Origin: Roseateles sp.
GTDB lineage: Bacteria > Pseudomonadota > Gammaproteobacteria > Burkholderiales > Burkholderiaceae_C
DNA: 64,000 nt
Direction: 5' to 3'
Assembly (NCBI GenBank): GCA_041914785.1
Contig: JAYSCT010000002.1
Span: 19,621 to 83,620 of the forward strand
Below are positions 1 to 9,898 of the stretch, in pieces. The number at the start of each line of letters is the position of its first letter. The first letter of the stretch is position 1. Made by a program: the position numbers and the translations under genes. The notes below the pieces were generated by a model. That model was not told the origin of the DNA and searched no databases. It saw only the letters and a program-made list of their open reading frames with translations.

Positions 1-73
1 CATCGGCCACACGCTGTGGGAGATGAGCACATGGCTCAAGCGCCAGACGCGGGACCCCAGGGCCCCGCAGTGA

Positions 74-709
74 TCAGCGCCGCCGCGGCGGCGGGCCGCG
101 GCGCTGCGGCGCCCGCGCCGGCGGAGCCTTCACCGGCCGCGACACATCGGCCAGCATCAGCACCGCGCTGACAAGGCCTTCCACGGCCTCTTCCAGATCC
201 GCCGGCGGCTCCAGCGACTCGATCTCCTCCAGCAACGCGTCGGCGTCCTCGAGGTCGTCCGGGTCCAGGTGCAGGTAGATGGCCGCCAGCGGCTCCAGCA
301 GCGGCTCCTCGGGCAGGCGCATCAGCGCCGGGTGCGCGTCCAGCGCATGCGCGAAGCCGGCCACCCACGGCAGCACGGTCTCGCTGGGGTCGTCGGTCTC
401 GTCCAGCTCGAAGATCCACGGGTCGAACCACTGCCGGCCGGCAATCGCGACGTTCAGCTCCTTGTGGCGGCGGCGCAGCAGCGCCAGCAGGTCGTCGTCG
501 ACACGCCCGGGCGTGGGCCGGCCCTCGGTGTCCAGCAGCGGCGGCAGCCAGGCCGACAGCGGCACCGCCTCGGGCTGCAGCAGCACGCCGCACAGATAGC
601 CGTCGACCATGCTGACGTCCAGCGGGTCCAGCGGTGCGGGCAGCGCGTCCAGCAGGGCCTGCAGGCGCTCCAGGTCGGCTTCGGAGAGGGAGTCGGCGGC
701 GGGTTTCAT
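74..709 (-). CDS. YecA/UPF0149 family protein
   Basis: 211 aa; N-terminal LSEADLERLQALL...DVSMVDGYLCGVLLQPE and WVAGF motifs typical of UPF0149/YecA. Confidence 0.8.
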   Translation of the reverse strand: MKPAADSLSEADLERLQALLDALPAPLDPLDVSMVDGYLCGVLLQPEAVPLSAWLPPLLDTEGRPTPGRVDDDLLALLRRRHKELNVAIAGRQWFDPWIFELDETDDPSETVLPWVAGFAHALDAHPALMRLPEEPLLEPLAAIYLHLDPDDLEDADALLEEIESLEPPADLEEAVEGLVSAVLMLADVSRPVKAPPARAPQRRGPPPRRR

Positions 710-779
710 CGTCGGATTATCGACAGGTCGCCGTGAATAGTGCCCGCCCGCGCGGCGGGGCGGCGCCTACAGTGGACCT

Positions 780-845
780 TCCCAACGACGCCCTCCCCTC
801 GAGGGCTTGCAGACCCGGCAGCACGGCTGACCGGGTCTTTTTTTC
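780..845 (+). ncRNA. candidate small RNA with a CU-rich loop hairpin and intrinsic terminator
   Basis: TACAGT -10-like hexamer at 768-773; hairpin GCCCTC-ccctc-GAGGGC at 790-806; terminator at 811-844; no credible CDS. Confidence 0.45.
811..844 (+). terminator. Rho-independent terminator
   Basis: AGACCCGG-cagc-acg-gctg-a-CCGGGTCT stem followed by a T run. Confidence 0.8.
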
Positions 846-932
846 GCCGGAACCGGCCGGGCCGTGAAGGCTGCCGCACCCCCGCCGCGGTGCCGGCGCG
901 CCAGGCTTGCGCTTCGCTTGCATACTGGTTCG

Positions 933-3104
933 ATGCCCGTCGCCGACCTCGCGCTGCGCTTCGACCCCGGCGTCGTCGTGCTGTCCTACCTGACCGCCGC
1001 CTTCGCCTCCTACGTGGCGCTGGACCTGGCGCAGCGGGTGCGCACGCCGGACGCGCAGACCGCCAAGGTCTGGTGGTTTGCCGGCTCGCTGTCCATGGGC
1101 AGCGGCATCTGGGCCATGCACTTCATCGGCATGCTGGCGCTGAAGCTGCCGTTCGCGACCGGCTACGACAAGGCCGTCACGGCGCTGAGCTGGCTGGCGG
1201 CCGTGGCCGTGTCGGCCATCGCGCTGCGCGTGGCGGCGCTGGACCGGCTGACGGTGAAGCGGCTCACGCTGGGCGCCGTCAGCATGGGCGCCGGCATCTG
1301 CGGCATGCATTACACCGGCATGGCCGCGCTGGTGCTGGCGCCGGGCATCCGCTGGCACTGGGGCCTGGTGGCCGCGTCCGCCGGCGTGGCCACGGGCGCG
1401 GCGGCGGCGGCGCTGGTGATCTTCTTCTGGCTGCGCCTGCTGTCGGCCGCGCAGGCCCGCTGGGGCCAGCTGGCCGCGGCGCTGGTCATGGGCGCGGCCG
1501 TGGCCGGCATGCACTACACCGGCATGGCCGCCGCCGGCATCGCCGAGGGCAGCGTGTGCCTCAGCGCCGACGGGCTGCGTGGCGACAACCTGGCCGCACT
1601 GGTGGCCGGCGCGACGTTGGCGCTGCTGCTGCTGACGCTGTTCACGTCGGTGCTGGATGCAGGGCTGCGCCGCCGCGCCGCCGGGCTGCAGCAGTCGCTG
1701 CACGAGGCCAACACCGAGCTGGCCGAGCAGGCGCTGCGCGACGCGCTGACCGGGCTGTCCAACCGCCAGCTGCTGGACGACCGCATCCGCCACGCGATTG
1801 CGCGCGGCCGGCGCGACGGCACCGGCGTGGCGGTGCTGATGCTGAACCTGGACGGCTTCAAGCCCGTCAACGAGGCCTTCGGCCACGCCGCCGGCGACGC
1901 CGTGCTGCGCGAGGTGGCGGCGCGGCTGCAGGCGCAGTCACGCGGCCACGACACGCTGGCCCGGCTGGGCGCCGACGAGTTCGTCGTGCTGCTGGAGGGC
2001 GAGGCCGGCGAGGCGCCGCTGGCGCAGATCGCGCAGCGGCTGCTGGACGCGCTGGCCGAGCCCATGGCCATCGGCACCGGCGAGGCCAGCCAGCCGCTGC
2101 GGCTGTCGGCGTCCATCGGCATCGCGGTGCACAGCGGCAGCGACATCGCCAGCCGCATCCTCATCGGCCAGGCCGACTCGGCCGCGCAGTCGGTCAAGCG
2201 CAGCGGCGGCAACGGCTTCGCGTTCTTCGAGGCGCACATGCAGGACGGCGTGCGCGACCAGCTGGAGCTGGCCCGCGACCTGCGCGCGGCGCTGGAGGCC
2301 GGCGGCGCGGGCCTGGCGCTGCACTACCAGCCCAAGGTGGCCGGCGACACCGCCCGCGTGCTGGGCGTGGAGGCGCTGCTGCGCTGGCAGCACCCGCGGC
2401 GCGGGCCGGTCAGCCCCGGCACCTTCATCCCGGTGGCGGAGCGCTTCGGGCTCATCATCCCGTTGGGCGACTGGGTCATCGACGAGGCCTGCCGGCAGAT
2501 CGCCGAGTGGCGCGACCAGGGCCTCAGGCTGCGCGTCGCCATCAACCTGTCGGTGCAGCAGCTGCGCCAGCCCGAGGCGCTGCTGCAGCGGCTGCAGCAG
2601 GCGCTGGCCCACCACCACCTGGACGCGGCGCAGCTGAGCTGCGAGATCACCGAGTCCGTCGCGATGGAGGACGCCGCCGCCACCGAGCGCGTGCTGCAGC
2701 GACTGGGCGCGCTGGGCGTCAGCCTGTCCATCGACGACTTCGGCACCGGCTACTCCAGCCTGGCCTACCTGCGCCGGCTGCCGGTGTCGCAGCTGAAGAT
2801 CGACCGCAGCTTCATCCAGGACCTGGAGACCAGCGCCGACGCACGCGCCATCGTCAACGCCGTCATCGAGCTGGCCCATGCGTTGAGCCTGGAGGTGGTG
2901 GCCGAGGGCGTGGAGACCGAGGGCCAGGCCGCCGTGCTGCGCGCCAAGCACTGCGACAAGCTGCAGGGCTTCCTGTTCGCGCGGCCCATGCCGGCGCGGG
3001 ACCTGGCGCAGTGGGCGCTGCGGTCGCAGGCGCCCGACGCGCGGCAGGACTTCAGCGACTCGGTGTTCGCCGACGGCGAGAACCTGTTCAAGGCGTCCCC
3101 ATAG
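933..3104 (+). CDS. MHYT-GGDEF-EAL membrane c-di-GMP phosphodiesterase/cyclase
   Basis: MHFIGM/MHYTGM repeats, GADEF motif, and an EAL domain with [17 protein letters not shown] and EGVE; ATG 933 chosen, ORF open from 864. Confidence 0.9.
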   Translation: MPVADLALRFDPGVVVLSYLTAAFASYVALDLAQRVRTPDAQTAKVWWFAGSLSMGSGIWAMHFIGMLALKLPFATGYDKAVTALSWLAAVAVSAIALRVAALDRLTVKRLTLGAVSMGAGICGMHYTGMAALVLAPGIRWHWGLVAASAGVATGAAAAALVIFFWLRLLSAAQARWGQLAAALVMGAAVAGMHYTGMAAAGIAEGSVCLSADGLRGDNLAALVAGATLALLLLTLFTSVLDAGLRRRAAGLQQSLHEANTELAEQALRDALTGLSNRQLLDDRIRHAIARGRRDGTGVAVLMLNLDGFKPVNEAFGHAAGDAVLREVAARLQAQSRGHDTLARLGADEFVVLLEGEAGEAPLAQIAQRLLDALAEPMAIGTGEASQPLRLSASIGIAVHSGSDIASRILIGQADSAAQSVKRSGGNGFAFFEAHMQDGVRDQLELARDLRAALEAGGAGLALHYQPKVAGDTARVLGVEALLRWQHPRRGPVSPGTFIPVAERFGLIIPLGDWVIDEACRQIAEWRDQGLRLRVAINLSVQQLRQPEALLQRLQQALAHHHLDAAQLSCEITESVAMEDAAATERVLQRLGALGVSLSIDDFGTGYSSLAYLRRLPVSQLKIDRSFIQDLETSADARAIVNAVIELAHALSLEVVAEGVETEGQAAVLRAKHCDKLQGFLFARPMPARDLAQWALRSQAPDARQDFSDSVFADGENLFKASP

Positions 3105-3346
3105 CGCCCGTTGCCCCGCATAAACAGTGGGTGCAAGGCGCACACCGCTGCCGGGCTGGGTGCCCGGCGAGGATTTGCAACGCCGCAAACGCTGTTTATG
3201 CGGGGCAACCCGAAGGGCAAGGCATCCCGGGGCCGCACTCGTCGTTGCCCACCTGGGCCAGGCAACCAGCCTGGCCGGCGGCGGGCGCCTAGATTGCGGC
3301 CCCGGGATGCCTTGCGGGCACTATGGGGACGCCTTGAACAGGTTCT
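3079..3346. mobile_element. MITE-like palindromic element, 268 bp
   Basis: 32-bp terminal inverted repeats (3079-3110 / 3315-3346, 1 mismatch); internal perfect IRs 3110-3127/3192-3209 and 3217-3237/3295-3315; no transposase. Confidence 0.75.
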
Positions 3347-4839
3347 TAGACCGCCATGCGCTCCGGCGCCACGTAGAAGCGCCGGAAGGTCTCGAAGTCC
3401 AGCGTGTCGGCCCGCTCGATGCGCGCCTGCTCGGCCAGCGACTCGGCCGCGAGCTTCTCGAAGCGCTGCTGCAGCGCCTCCGGGAACGGCAGTGCCAGCA
3501 GCGCGGCACGCGTGGCGTCGCTCTGGCGGCGGATGAAGCTCACATGGCTGTCGCCGAAGTCCTGCGCCATGACGGCCAGCACGCGCGCCGACGGGCACAG
3601 CTCGGGCCGCTGCAGCCGCTGGCCCACACGGGCCAGCGCGTCGCGGTAGGCGCTGCCGCCGTGCGCCGCGTCCAGCGCCTCGGCCTGCACCGCGCAGCCG
3701 GCCAGGATCTGCGCCGCCCAGTCGGCCAGCGAGCGCTCGCCGCCCTGCCAGTGCTCCAACACCAGGCCCGGCTCGCGGCCGCGCGCGGCCACCGCATGCT
3801 GGTTGCGCGCGTTGGCGGCGATCTCGTCCGGCGTGTCGTCGGGGCTGTCGCTGTGCAGGCAGTGCAGCAGGAAGGTGTCCAGCACGCGGATCGCATCGGC
3901 GCCGATGCCCACGGGCTCGAACGGGTCCAGGTCCATCAGCCGCACCTCGATGTACTCGACGCCGCGCTCGCGCAGCGCATGCAGCGGCCGCTCGCCGGAG
4001 CGGATCACGCGCTTGGCGCGGATGGTGCTGTAGAACTCGTTCTCGATCTGCAGCAGGCTGGTGGAGAGCTGGTTGTAGTCGCCGCCCGGCGTCTGCACGC
4101 CGATGGCCTCGTAGGCCGGGTAGGGGCGCGACAGCGCGTCCTGCAGCGAGGCGGCATAGCTCTCCAGGCAGTTGTAGCTGACCGAGATGCTGGCCTGCGC
4201 ATCGCTCTGGTAGCCCAGCCGCCCCATGCGCAGCGACGTGGCGTGCGGCAGGTACAGCGTGTGCTCGGCCAGGCGCTGCAGGCCGTGATCGCGGCCGTGC
4301 ACGAAGCTGTCGCACAGCGCCGGGCTGGCGCCGAACAGGTACAGCAGCAGCCAGCCTTCACGGCGGAAATTGCGGATGGCGGCGAAGTAGCCCTCGGTGG
4401 ACACGCCCGGCAGCGACCAGTTGTAGTGGATGCCCGAGATGGTCTGCATGCGCCGGCCGTAGCGCTGGCCCAGGCCCATGCGGTAGACGCTCTTGGCGCG
4501 CCCGACGTTGCTGCTGCCGTAGCGGCCGATGGGGATGGTCTCGTCGGCCGGCAGGCCGCAGGGCATGGAGCTGACCCACAGCCGCTCGTCGGCGAGGGCC
4601 CGGTAGACGGCCTGGTGGATCTCGGTGAGCTCGCGCAAGGCATCGTCCACGCCAGCGTGCACGCCGGTGATGAGCTCCAGCTGCGACTCGCTGTAGTCCG
4701 TCGTGATGTGCGGGTGCGTGAGCGCCGAGCCCAGTGCGATGGGATGCGGCGTCAGGGCCAGGCCGCCCGCAGGCAGCGCGCGCAGGCTTTCCTTCTCGAT
4801 GCCACGGCGGATGCCGAGCAGGGTCTCTCTGTTGTTCAT
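3346..4839 (-). CDS. gshA: glutamate--cysteine ligase
   Basis: RRGIEKESLR, HPHITTDYSESQLELIT, LLQIENEFYSTIR and GVEYIEVR motifs. Confidence 0.95.
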   Translation of the reverse strand: MNNRETLLGIRRGIEKESLRALPAGGLALTPHPIALGSALTHPHITTDYSESQLELITGVHAGVDDALRELTEIHQAVYRALADERLWVSSMPCGLPADETIPIGRYGSSNVGRAKSVYRMGLGQRYGRRMQTISGIHYNWSLPGVSTEGYFAAIRNFRREGWLLLYLFGASPALCDSFVHGRDHGLQRLAEHTLYLPHATSLRMGRLGYQSDAQASISVSYNCLESYAASLQDALSRPYPAYEAIGVQTPGGDYNQLSTSLLQIENEFYSTIRAKRVIRSGERPLHALRERGVEYIEVRLMDLDPFEPVGIGADAIRVLDTFLLHCLHSDSPDDTPDEIAANARNQHAVAARGREPGLVLEHWQGGERSLADWAAQILAGCAVQAEALDAAHGGSAYRDALARVGQRLQRPELCPSARVLAVMAQDFGDSHVSFIRRQSDATRAALLALPFPEALQQRFEKLAAESLAEQARIERADTLDFETFRRFYVAPERMAV

Positions 4840-4883
4840 GGCGTCTCACGCGCGAATTGGCCCGAGACGGTAGCAGAACGGCG

Positions 4884-6554
4884 CTACAGCTGCCCCGGGG
4901 CGTCGTGGTCGGCCAGACTGGGCCTCAGGTCATGTTGGCCGGCCTGGATGCCCTCATGGTGGCTGAGGTAGAGCGACACGTCGTGCCGCTCCAGCCATCC
5001 GATCGCCTTCAGCCGGTCGAGCACGGGGCCCTTGACCTCCGACAGCTCCAGCCGCATGCCCTCGCCCGCGAGCGCCGCGCGCAGCTCCTGCAGCGCCACC
5101 AGGCCCGACACGTCGATGTGGTTGACCGGCCCCATCAGCAGCAGCACGCGCGTCGGCGCGCCGACGCGCTCGCGGTGCTCGCGCACGCGCGCCAGCACGG
5201 CGTCCACCAGGCCCCGGGCGTTGGTGAACACCAGGCTCTCGTCGATGCGCAGCCCCACCACCTCGGGCTGGCACTCGACGGCGTAGCGCTCCACGTTGCG
5301 GTAGTGCTGCGTGCCCGGCACGCGGCCGATGCGCGCCACGTGCGGCTGCGCGGTGCGCTGGATCAGCAGCGCGATGGAGCCCACCACGCCGATGGCCAAC
5401 GCCGCGCCCACGCTCCACAGCAGCACGGCCGCCGTGACGGCCGCCATCAGCAGCCCCTCGGCGCGCGCATAGCGCCAGGCCTCGCGGTAGTGGCGCGCCG
5501 TGAAGCCGCCCAGCACGGCGACGACGATGGTGGCTGCCAGCACCGGCTTGGGCAGGTGCGCCAGCGGCCCGGCCAGCAGCAGCATGGCCAGGCCCATGAA
5601 GCCGGCGACGAACACCAGCGTCCAGCGGCTCTGCGAGCCGGCCTCGTGCAGCAGGATGCTGCGCGAGAAGCTGCCCGCCACCGGCATGCCGCCGGTCAGC
5701 GACGCGACGACGTTGGCCGCCGCCAGCCCGCGCAGCTCCGCGGCCGGCAGCACCTTCTCGCCGCGCCGCTGCGCCAGCGACTCGGACACCGCCAGGCTGG
5801 ACACGAACGCCATCAGCGCGATCAGCGCGGCCGACGGCAGCAGCTGCAGCCAGAGCGCCGCATCCAGCGACGGCAGCGCCAGCGGCAGCGCCAGCTGCGG
5901 CAGCGCGCCCACCTGGGCCACGCCGTCGGCCGCCGGCGTCAGCGCCGACAGCCCCATCGCCGCCACCAGCAGCAGCAGCGGCGCCAGGCGCGCCAGCGTG
6001 CGCGAGCCGGCGCGGCGCGACAGCAGCAGCAGGCCGATGGCGGCAACGCCCCAGGCCAGGCTCAGCGGCTTCACGCCCGCCTGCGCGGTGGCCAGCGCCA
6101 GGCCCGGCAGCGTGGCGCCGGTGGCCGCGCTGCCCAGCAGCACCGGCACCTGGCTGGCCGCGATCATCAGCGTGGCACCGTTCTCGAAGCCGCGCAGCGC
6201 CGGCACCGACAGCAGGCTGGACAGCGCGTCCAGCCGCAGCAGCGCCGCCAGCGCGAGCAAGCCGCCCACCTCGGCCGCCAGCACCAGCGCGCCGGCTTCG
6301 GCGCTGACGCCGGCCGGCAGCCCGGCCAGCGCCTGGGCGATCATCAGCGCCAGCACCGCCACCGGCCCCAGGCCCAGCACGGGGCTGGAGCCTAAAGCGG
6401 CGTAGGCCAGCAGCGGCAGCAGGCTGGCGTACAGCCCGGTCTGCGGCGGCAGGCCGGCCAGCATCGCGTAGGCCAGGCTCTGCGGGATCAGCAGCACGGC
6501 GACAACGGCGCCGGCGATCAGGTCCGCGCGCCAGGTCGCTCTCATGTCAAGCAT
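4884..6554 (-). CDS. SulP family anion transporter with STAS domain
   Basis: DLIAGAVVAVLLIPQSLAYAMLAGLPP signature and C-terminal STAS (RIDESLVFTNA, NHIDVSG); start at 6554 or 6545. Confidence 0.9.
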   Translation of the reverse strand: MLDMRATWRADLIAGAVVAVLLIPQSLAYAMLAGLPPQTGLYASLLPLLAYAALGSSPVLGLGPVAVLALMIAQALAGLPAGVSAEAGALVLAAEVGGLLALAALLRLDALSSLLSVPALRGFENGATLMIAASQVPVLLGSAATGATLPGLALATAQAGVKPLSLAWGVAAIGLLLLSRRAGSRTLARLAPLLLLVAAMGLSALTPAADGVAQVGALPQLALPLALPSLDAALWLQLLPSAALIALMAFVSSLAVSESLAQRRGEKVLPAAELRGLAAANVVASLTGGMPVAGSFSRSILLHEAGSQSRWTLVFVAGFMGLAMLLLAGPLAHLPKPVLAATIVVAVLGGFTARHYREAWRYARAEGLLMAAVTAAVLLWSVGAALAIGVVGSIALLIQRTAQPHVARIGRVPGTQHYRNVERYAVECQPEVVGLRIDESLVFTNARGLVDAVLARVREHRERVGAPTRVLLLMGPVNHIDVSGLVALQELRAALAGEGMRLELSEVKGPVLDRLKAIGWLERHDVSLYLSHHEGIQAGQHDLRPSLADHDAPGQL

Positions 6555-6562
6555 TTCCTGCA

Positions 6563-6705
6563 GGCCGAGCGCCGGGCCGCTCCCAAGCCGGCCCGCGCCG
6601 GCGATGTGCTCGCGGCTCGATGCCGCGGGCATCGCCGCCCCCTCGGGGGGCCGACCAGACTCGCTCGCGTTCAGCGACGCGAGGTTGGGCGAGGGGCATC
6701 TTCAT
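6563..6705 (-). repeat. REP-like GC-rich element, copy 1
   Basis: 6563-6649 nearly identical to 7694-7779; both elements begin on the minus strand with ATGAAGA.GCCCCTCG.CCAA. Confidence 0.8.
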
Positions 6706-7892
6706 CGGTCGACCTTGACGCCGGAGACCTGGATGACGCGCGCCCACTTGGTGGTCTCCGCCGAGATCAGCGCCGCGAACTCCGCGCCGCCGCTGCCATG
6801 CACCAGCATGCCGCGCGCGGTCAGCCGCTCGCGCAGCGCGGGCGCGGCCAGCGCGGCCACGCAGTCACGCTGCAGCCGCGCCAGCGGTTCGGCGGCCAGG
6901 CTGCCGGGCGCGAACAGGCCGATCCAGGCGCTGGCCTCGTAGCCCTTCAGCGACAGGCCGCCGGCCTCGTCGATGGTGGGCAGGTCCGGCAGGCTGGGGC
7001 TGCGGCGCGCGCTGGTGACGGCCAGCGGCAGCAGCCGGCCGGCGCGGATCTGCGGCAGCGCCGACGGCAGCACGTCGAACATCAGGTCCATGTTGCCGGC
7101 GATGACGTCCTGCTGCGCCGACGCCGCGCTGCGGTACGGGAAGTGCAGCATGTAGGTCTGCGTCAGCCGCTTGAACAGCTCGCCGGCCAGGTGCGTGGGA
7201 TTGCCGTTGCCGCTGGACGCGATGTGCAGCCGCCCGGGCTGGGACGTGGCGGCGTGCACCAGGTCGGTCAGGCGGCGCACGCCCAGCGACTGCGCGACGG
7301 CCGGGTTCATCACCAGCACCAGCGGCACCGTCGCGACCAGGCACACGGGCGCGAAGTCCTTCACCGCGTCATAGGGCAGCCGGCGCGACAGCAGCGGGTT
7401 CAGCACATGCGTGCCCAGGCTGCCCATCAGCAGCGTGTGGCTGTCGCCGGCCGCCGCCACGGCGGCGGTGCCGATGTTGCCGTCCGCGCCGGGGCGGTTG
7501 TCGACGGTGATGGGCTGGCCCAGGCTTCTCTGCAGGTCGGGCGCCAGCAGCCGCGAGGCCTGGTCCGCCGCGCCGCCCGCCGGGTAGGGCACGACGATGC
7601 GCAGCGGCCGGGACGGCCAGGCTGGCGGCGCCGGCTGGGCCCACGCGCCGGGGCTGGCGAGGCAGAGCAGCAACGCGCGCCGTTGCAACTGCGGGCCGAG
7701 CGCCGGGCCGCCCCAAGCCGGCCCGGCCCGGCGATGTGCTTGCGGCTCGATGCCGCAAGCATCGCCGTCCCCTCGGGGGCTGAGGCCGGACACGACGAGT
7801 CCTGTGGACTTGTCGTGCCTGCCGAAGCTCTGCGGCCGGCGGCCGCAGAGCGGTGCCGGCCAAGGTACGCCTTGGACGAGGGGCTTCTTCAT
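6702..7892 (-). CDS. Bug/TctC tripartite tricarboxylate transporter substrate-binding protein with a repeat-derived N-terminal extension
   Basis: WPSRPLRIVVPYPAGG, VDNRPGADGNIG and HLAGELF motifs; ATGA overlap with the upstream gene. Confidence 0.9.
   Translation of the reverse strand: MKKPLVQGVPWPAPLCGRRPQSFGRHDKSTGLVVSGLSPRGDGDACGIEPQAHRRAGPAWGGPALGPQLQRRALLLCLASPGAWAQPAPPAWPSRPLRIVVPYPAGGAADQASRLLAPDLQRSLGQPITVDNRPGADGNIGTAAVAAAGDSHTLLMGSLGTHVLNPLLSRRLPYDAVKDFAPVCLVATVPLVLVMNPAVAQSLGVRRLTDLVHAATSQPGRLHIASSGNGNPTHLAGELFKRLTQTYMLHFPYRSAASAQQDVIAGNMDLMFDVLPSALPQIRAGRLLPLAVTSARRSPSLPDLPTIDEAGGLSLKGYEASAWIGLFAPGSLAAEPLARLQRDCVAALAAPALRERLTARGMLVHGSGGAEFAALISAETTKWARVIQVSGVKVDR
7694..7892 (-). 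repeat. REP-like GC-rich element, copy 2, in frame inside the Bug gene 5' end
   Basis: direct repeat of 6563-6649 plus the shared start segment. Confidence 0.8.
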
Positions 7893-9898
7893 GCCGGTCC
7901 GACCAGGACGTTGAGCTTGACCTGCCCCTGCAGGCAGGCCGCGTCGAAGTCCTGCAGGATGGCCGCCAGCGTGTCCGCATCCGGGGCCTCGACGGCGGCG
8001 ATGCCGACACCGCGGTTGCGGCCTTCGGCCTTGGCCTTGTAGAGCACCATGTCGGCCCAGTTGACGGCCTGCTCCCAGTGCAGGCGCAGCGCGGCGCCAC
8101 CCAGGCCGCCCAGCGGGAAGCTGGCGAAGCCGATGCTGGCCGTGATGCGCAGCGGGCCGTCGGGCGTCGCGATGGGCGTGCCGCCGATGCCGTGCAGGAT
8201 GCGCGCGGCCATCTGCGCCAGGTCGTCGGCCGCGAGCTCGGGCGCGTAGACGAGGAACTCCTCGCCGCCCCAGCGCACGACGAGGTCGGTGTCACGCACC
8301 GCGGCGCGGATGCGCCGGCCCACCTCGACGATGACGGCGTCGCCGGCCGCGTGGCCGTGCTGGTCGTTGACGTTCTTGAAGTGGTCGATGTCGATCATCA
8401 TCAGCACGCCGCGGAAGCCCTGGTCGCCGACCTCCCGCGCGCGGGCGTCCATGACGGCCAGGAAGTGGCGGCGGTTGGACAGGTCGGTCAGCGGGTCGCG
8501 CTCGCTCTGCGCGCGCAGCAGGTGCTGGTTGGCCGTCAGGCGCGCCTGCGCGCGGCGCATGCGCAGCAGCGTGACGCCCACCAGCGCCAGGGACAGCAGC
8601 AGCAGCACGCCGATGGCCAGGCCCAGCTGCTGCACGAGGCGCCCGTTGGCCAGCTGCTGGTCCTTCAGCTGGCCGTCGCGGGCCAGCAGTGCCAGGTCGC
8701 GCTGCTTGGCCGCCGTGTCGTACTTGCGGCGCAGCTCCTCCAGCGCGCTGGCGCGGTTGCGCTCGTTGGTGCGCGCGGTCAGCTCGCGCTCGCCGTGGTA
8801 GGCGGCCAGCGCCTCCTTGAACTGCCCGGCCTCGGCCCAGCTGTCGCCCAGCTCGCGCAGCTCGCGGGCACGCGGCACGAGGTCGGCCGGGTCCGCCGCG
8901 AACTCGGCCACCTTGGCCAGCTCCTGGCGGGCGGCGTCGAACTGTCGCAGCTTGATGTGCGTGACGGCCAAGTTGTGGTGCAGGTTGCGCTGCTGCGGCT
9001 TGTCGTGGAAGTGCTGCAGCACCGGCAGCGCACGCTGGGCGGCGGCCAGTGCCTCCTTCAGCAGGCCCAGGTGCATGTAGATGTCGACGAGGTTGGTGCG
9101 CAGCTGCGCCGCCAGGTGAGGCGCCTCGGCCTGCTCGGCGAGCTGCAGCCCGGCCTCCAGCGCGGCGCGGGCGGCCGGCACGTCGCGCGAGCGGCGCTCC
9201 ACGACGGCCTCGTAGTTGCGCACCCGCGCCCCGGCCACCAGATCGCCCTGCGCCTCGGCATGCGCGGCACGGATCTCGGCGCGGGCCGCGTCGAGCTGGT
9301 CCTGCTGCTGCAGCACGGTGGCCAGCAGGCCCAGGCTGAGCGCGGCGAGGTGGCGGTCGCCGCCCAGCCGGGCCAGCGCCAGTGCGCGGCGGGCGCCGTT
9401 CTCGGCGTCGATGAACGCCCCCTGGCCGGCCTGTTCGCGCTGCTGCAGCCGCAGCGCCTCCCAGGTGGCGGCGATGTCGCACTCGGCGTCGCGCTGCGCG
9501 CGGCCCGCGTCGCCGTCCGGGCAGTGCTTCTCCAGGCCGGCGAGTGCCCGGGCGGCCAGCGCGCCGGCGGGCCGCCCGGCGCGTTCCTGGATCAGCGCGC
9601 GCAGCAGCCAGCTGCGGTCGGCACCGCCCTCGCGCGCGGCCAGCTGCACGGCGATCGCGTCGGCCGCCTCGGCCTGGCCGGCGGCCAGCAGCACGCGGCC
9701 ACGCGCGAACAGCCAGGCCAGCTCGCGCGCCGGCTCGGCGTCGGCAGGCCAGCGCTTGTCCAGCTCGGCCAGCATGGCGGCGGGCTCGTCGTAGGCCCGC
9801 CGCGCCAGCTCGGCCAGCTGGGCGCGCTCGGCCACCAGGTCGGGCGCGGCCTGCGCCGCGGCGGCAGCCAGCATCAGCGACAGCAGCCAGGCCTTCAT
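7889..9898 (-). CDS. TPR-like repeat membrane diguanylate cyclase
   Basis: signal peptide MKAWLLSLMLAAAAAQA, helical repeats, one TM, DIDHFK...RDTD...WGGEEF; ATGA overlap with the upstream gene. Confidence 0.9.
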   Translation of the reverse strand: MKAWLLSLMLAAAAAQAAPDLVAERAQLAELARRAYDEPAAMLAELDKRWPADAEPARELAWLFARGRVLLAAGQAEAADAIAVQLAAREGGADRSWLLRALIQERAGRPAGALAARALAGLEKHCPDGDAGRAQRDAECDIAATWEALRLQQREQAGQGAFIDAENGARRALALARLGGDRHLAALSLGLLATVLQQQDQLDAARAEIRAAHAEAQGDLVAGARVRNYEAVVERRSRDVPAARAALEAGLQLAEQAEAPHLAAQLRTNLVDIYMHLGLLKEALAAAQRALPVLQHFHDKPQQRNLHHNLAVTHIKLRQFDAARQELAKVAEFAADPADLVPRARELRELGDSWAEAGQFKEALAAYHGERELTARTNERNRASALEELRRKYDTAAKQRDLALLARDGQLKDQQLANGRLVQQLGLAIGVLLLLSLALVGVTLLRMRRAQARLTANQHLLRAQSERDPLTDLSNRRHFLAVMDARAREVGDQGFRGVLMMIDIDHFKNVNDQHGHAAGDAVIVEVGRRIRAAVRDTDLVVRWGGEEFLVYAPELAADDLAQMAARILHGIGGTPIATPDGPLRITASIGFASFPLGGLGGAALRLHWEQAVNWADMVLYKAKAEGRNRGVGIAAVEAPDADTLAAILQDFDAACLQGQVKLNVLVGPA

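Noticed and set aside
3079-3346. tRNA or known structural RNA gene
   Set aside because: No tRNA, tmRNA or RNase P motifs; perfect long TIRs point to a MITE.
6563-7779. Direct repeats flanking the Bug gene as a composite transposon or CRISPR
   Set aside because: Only two long copies, no spacers, and no cas, transposase or integrase; better explained as dispersed REP-like insertions.
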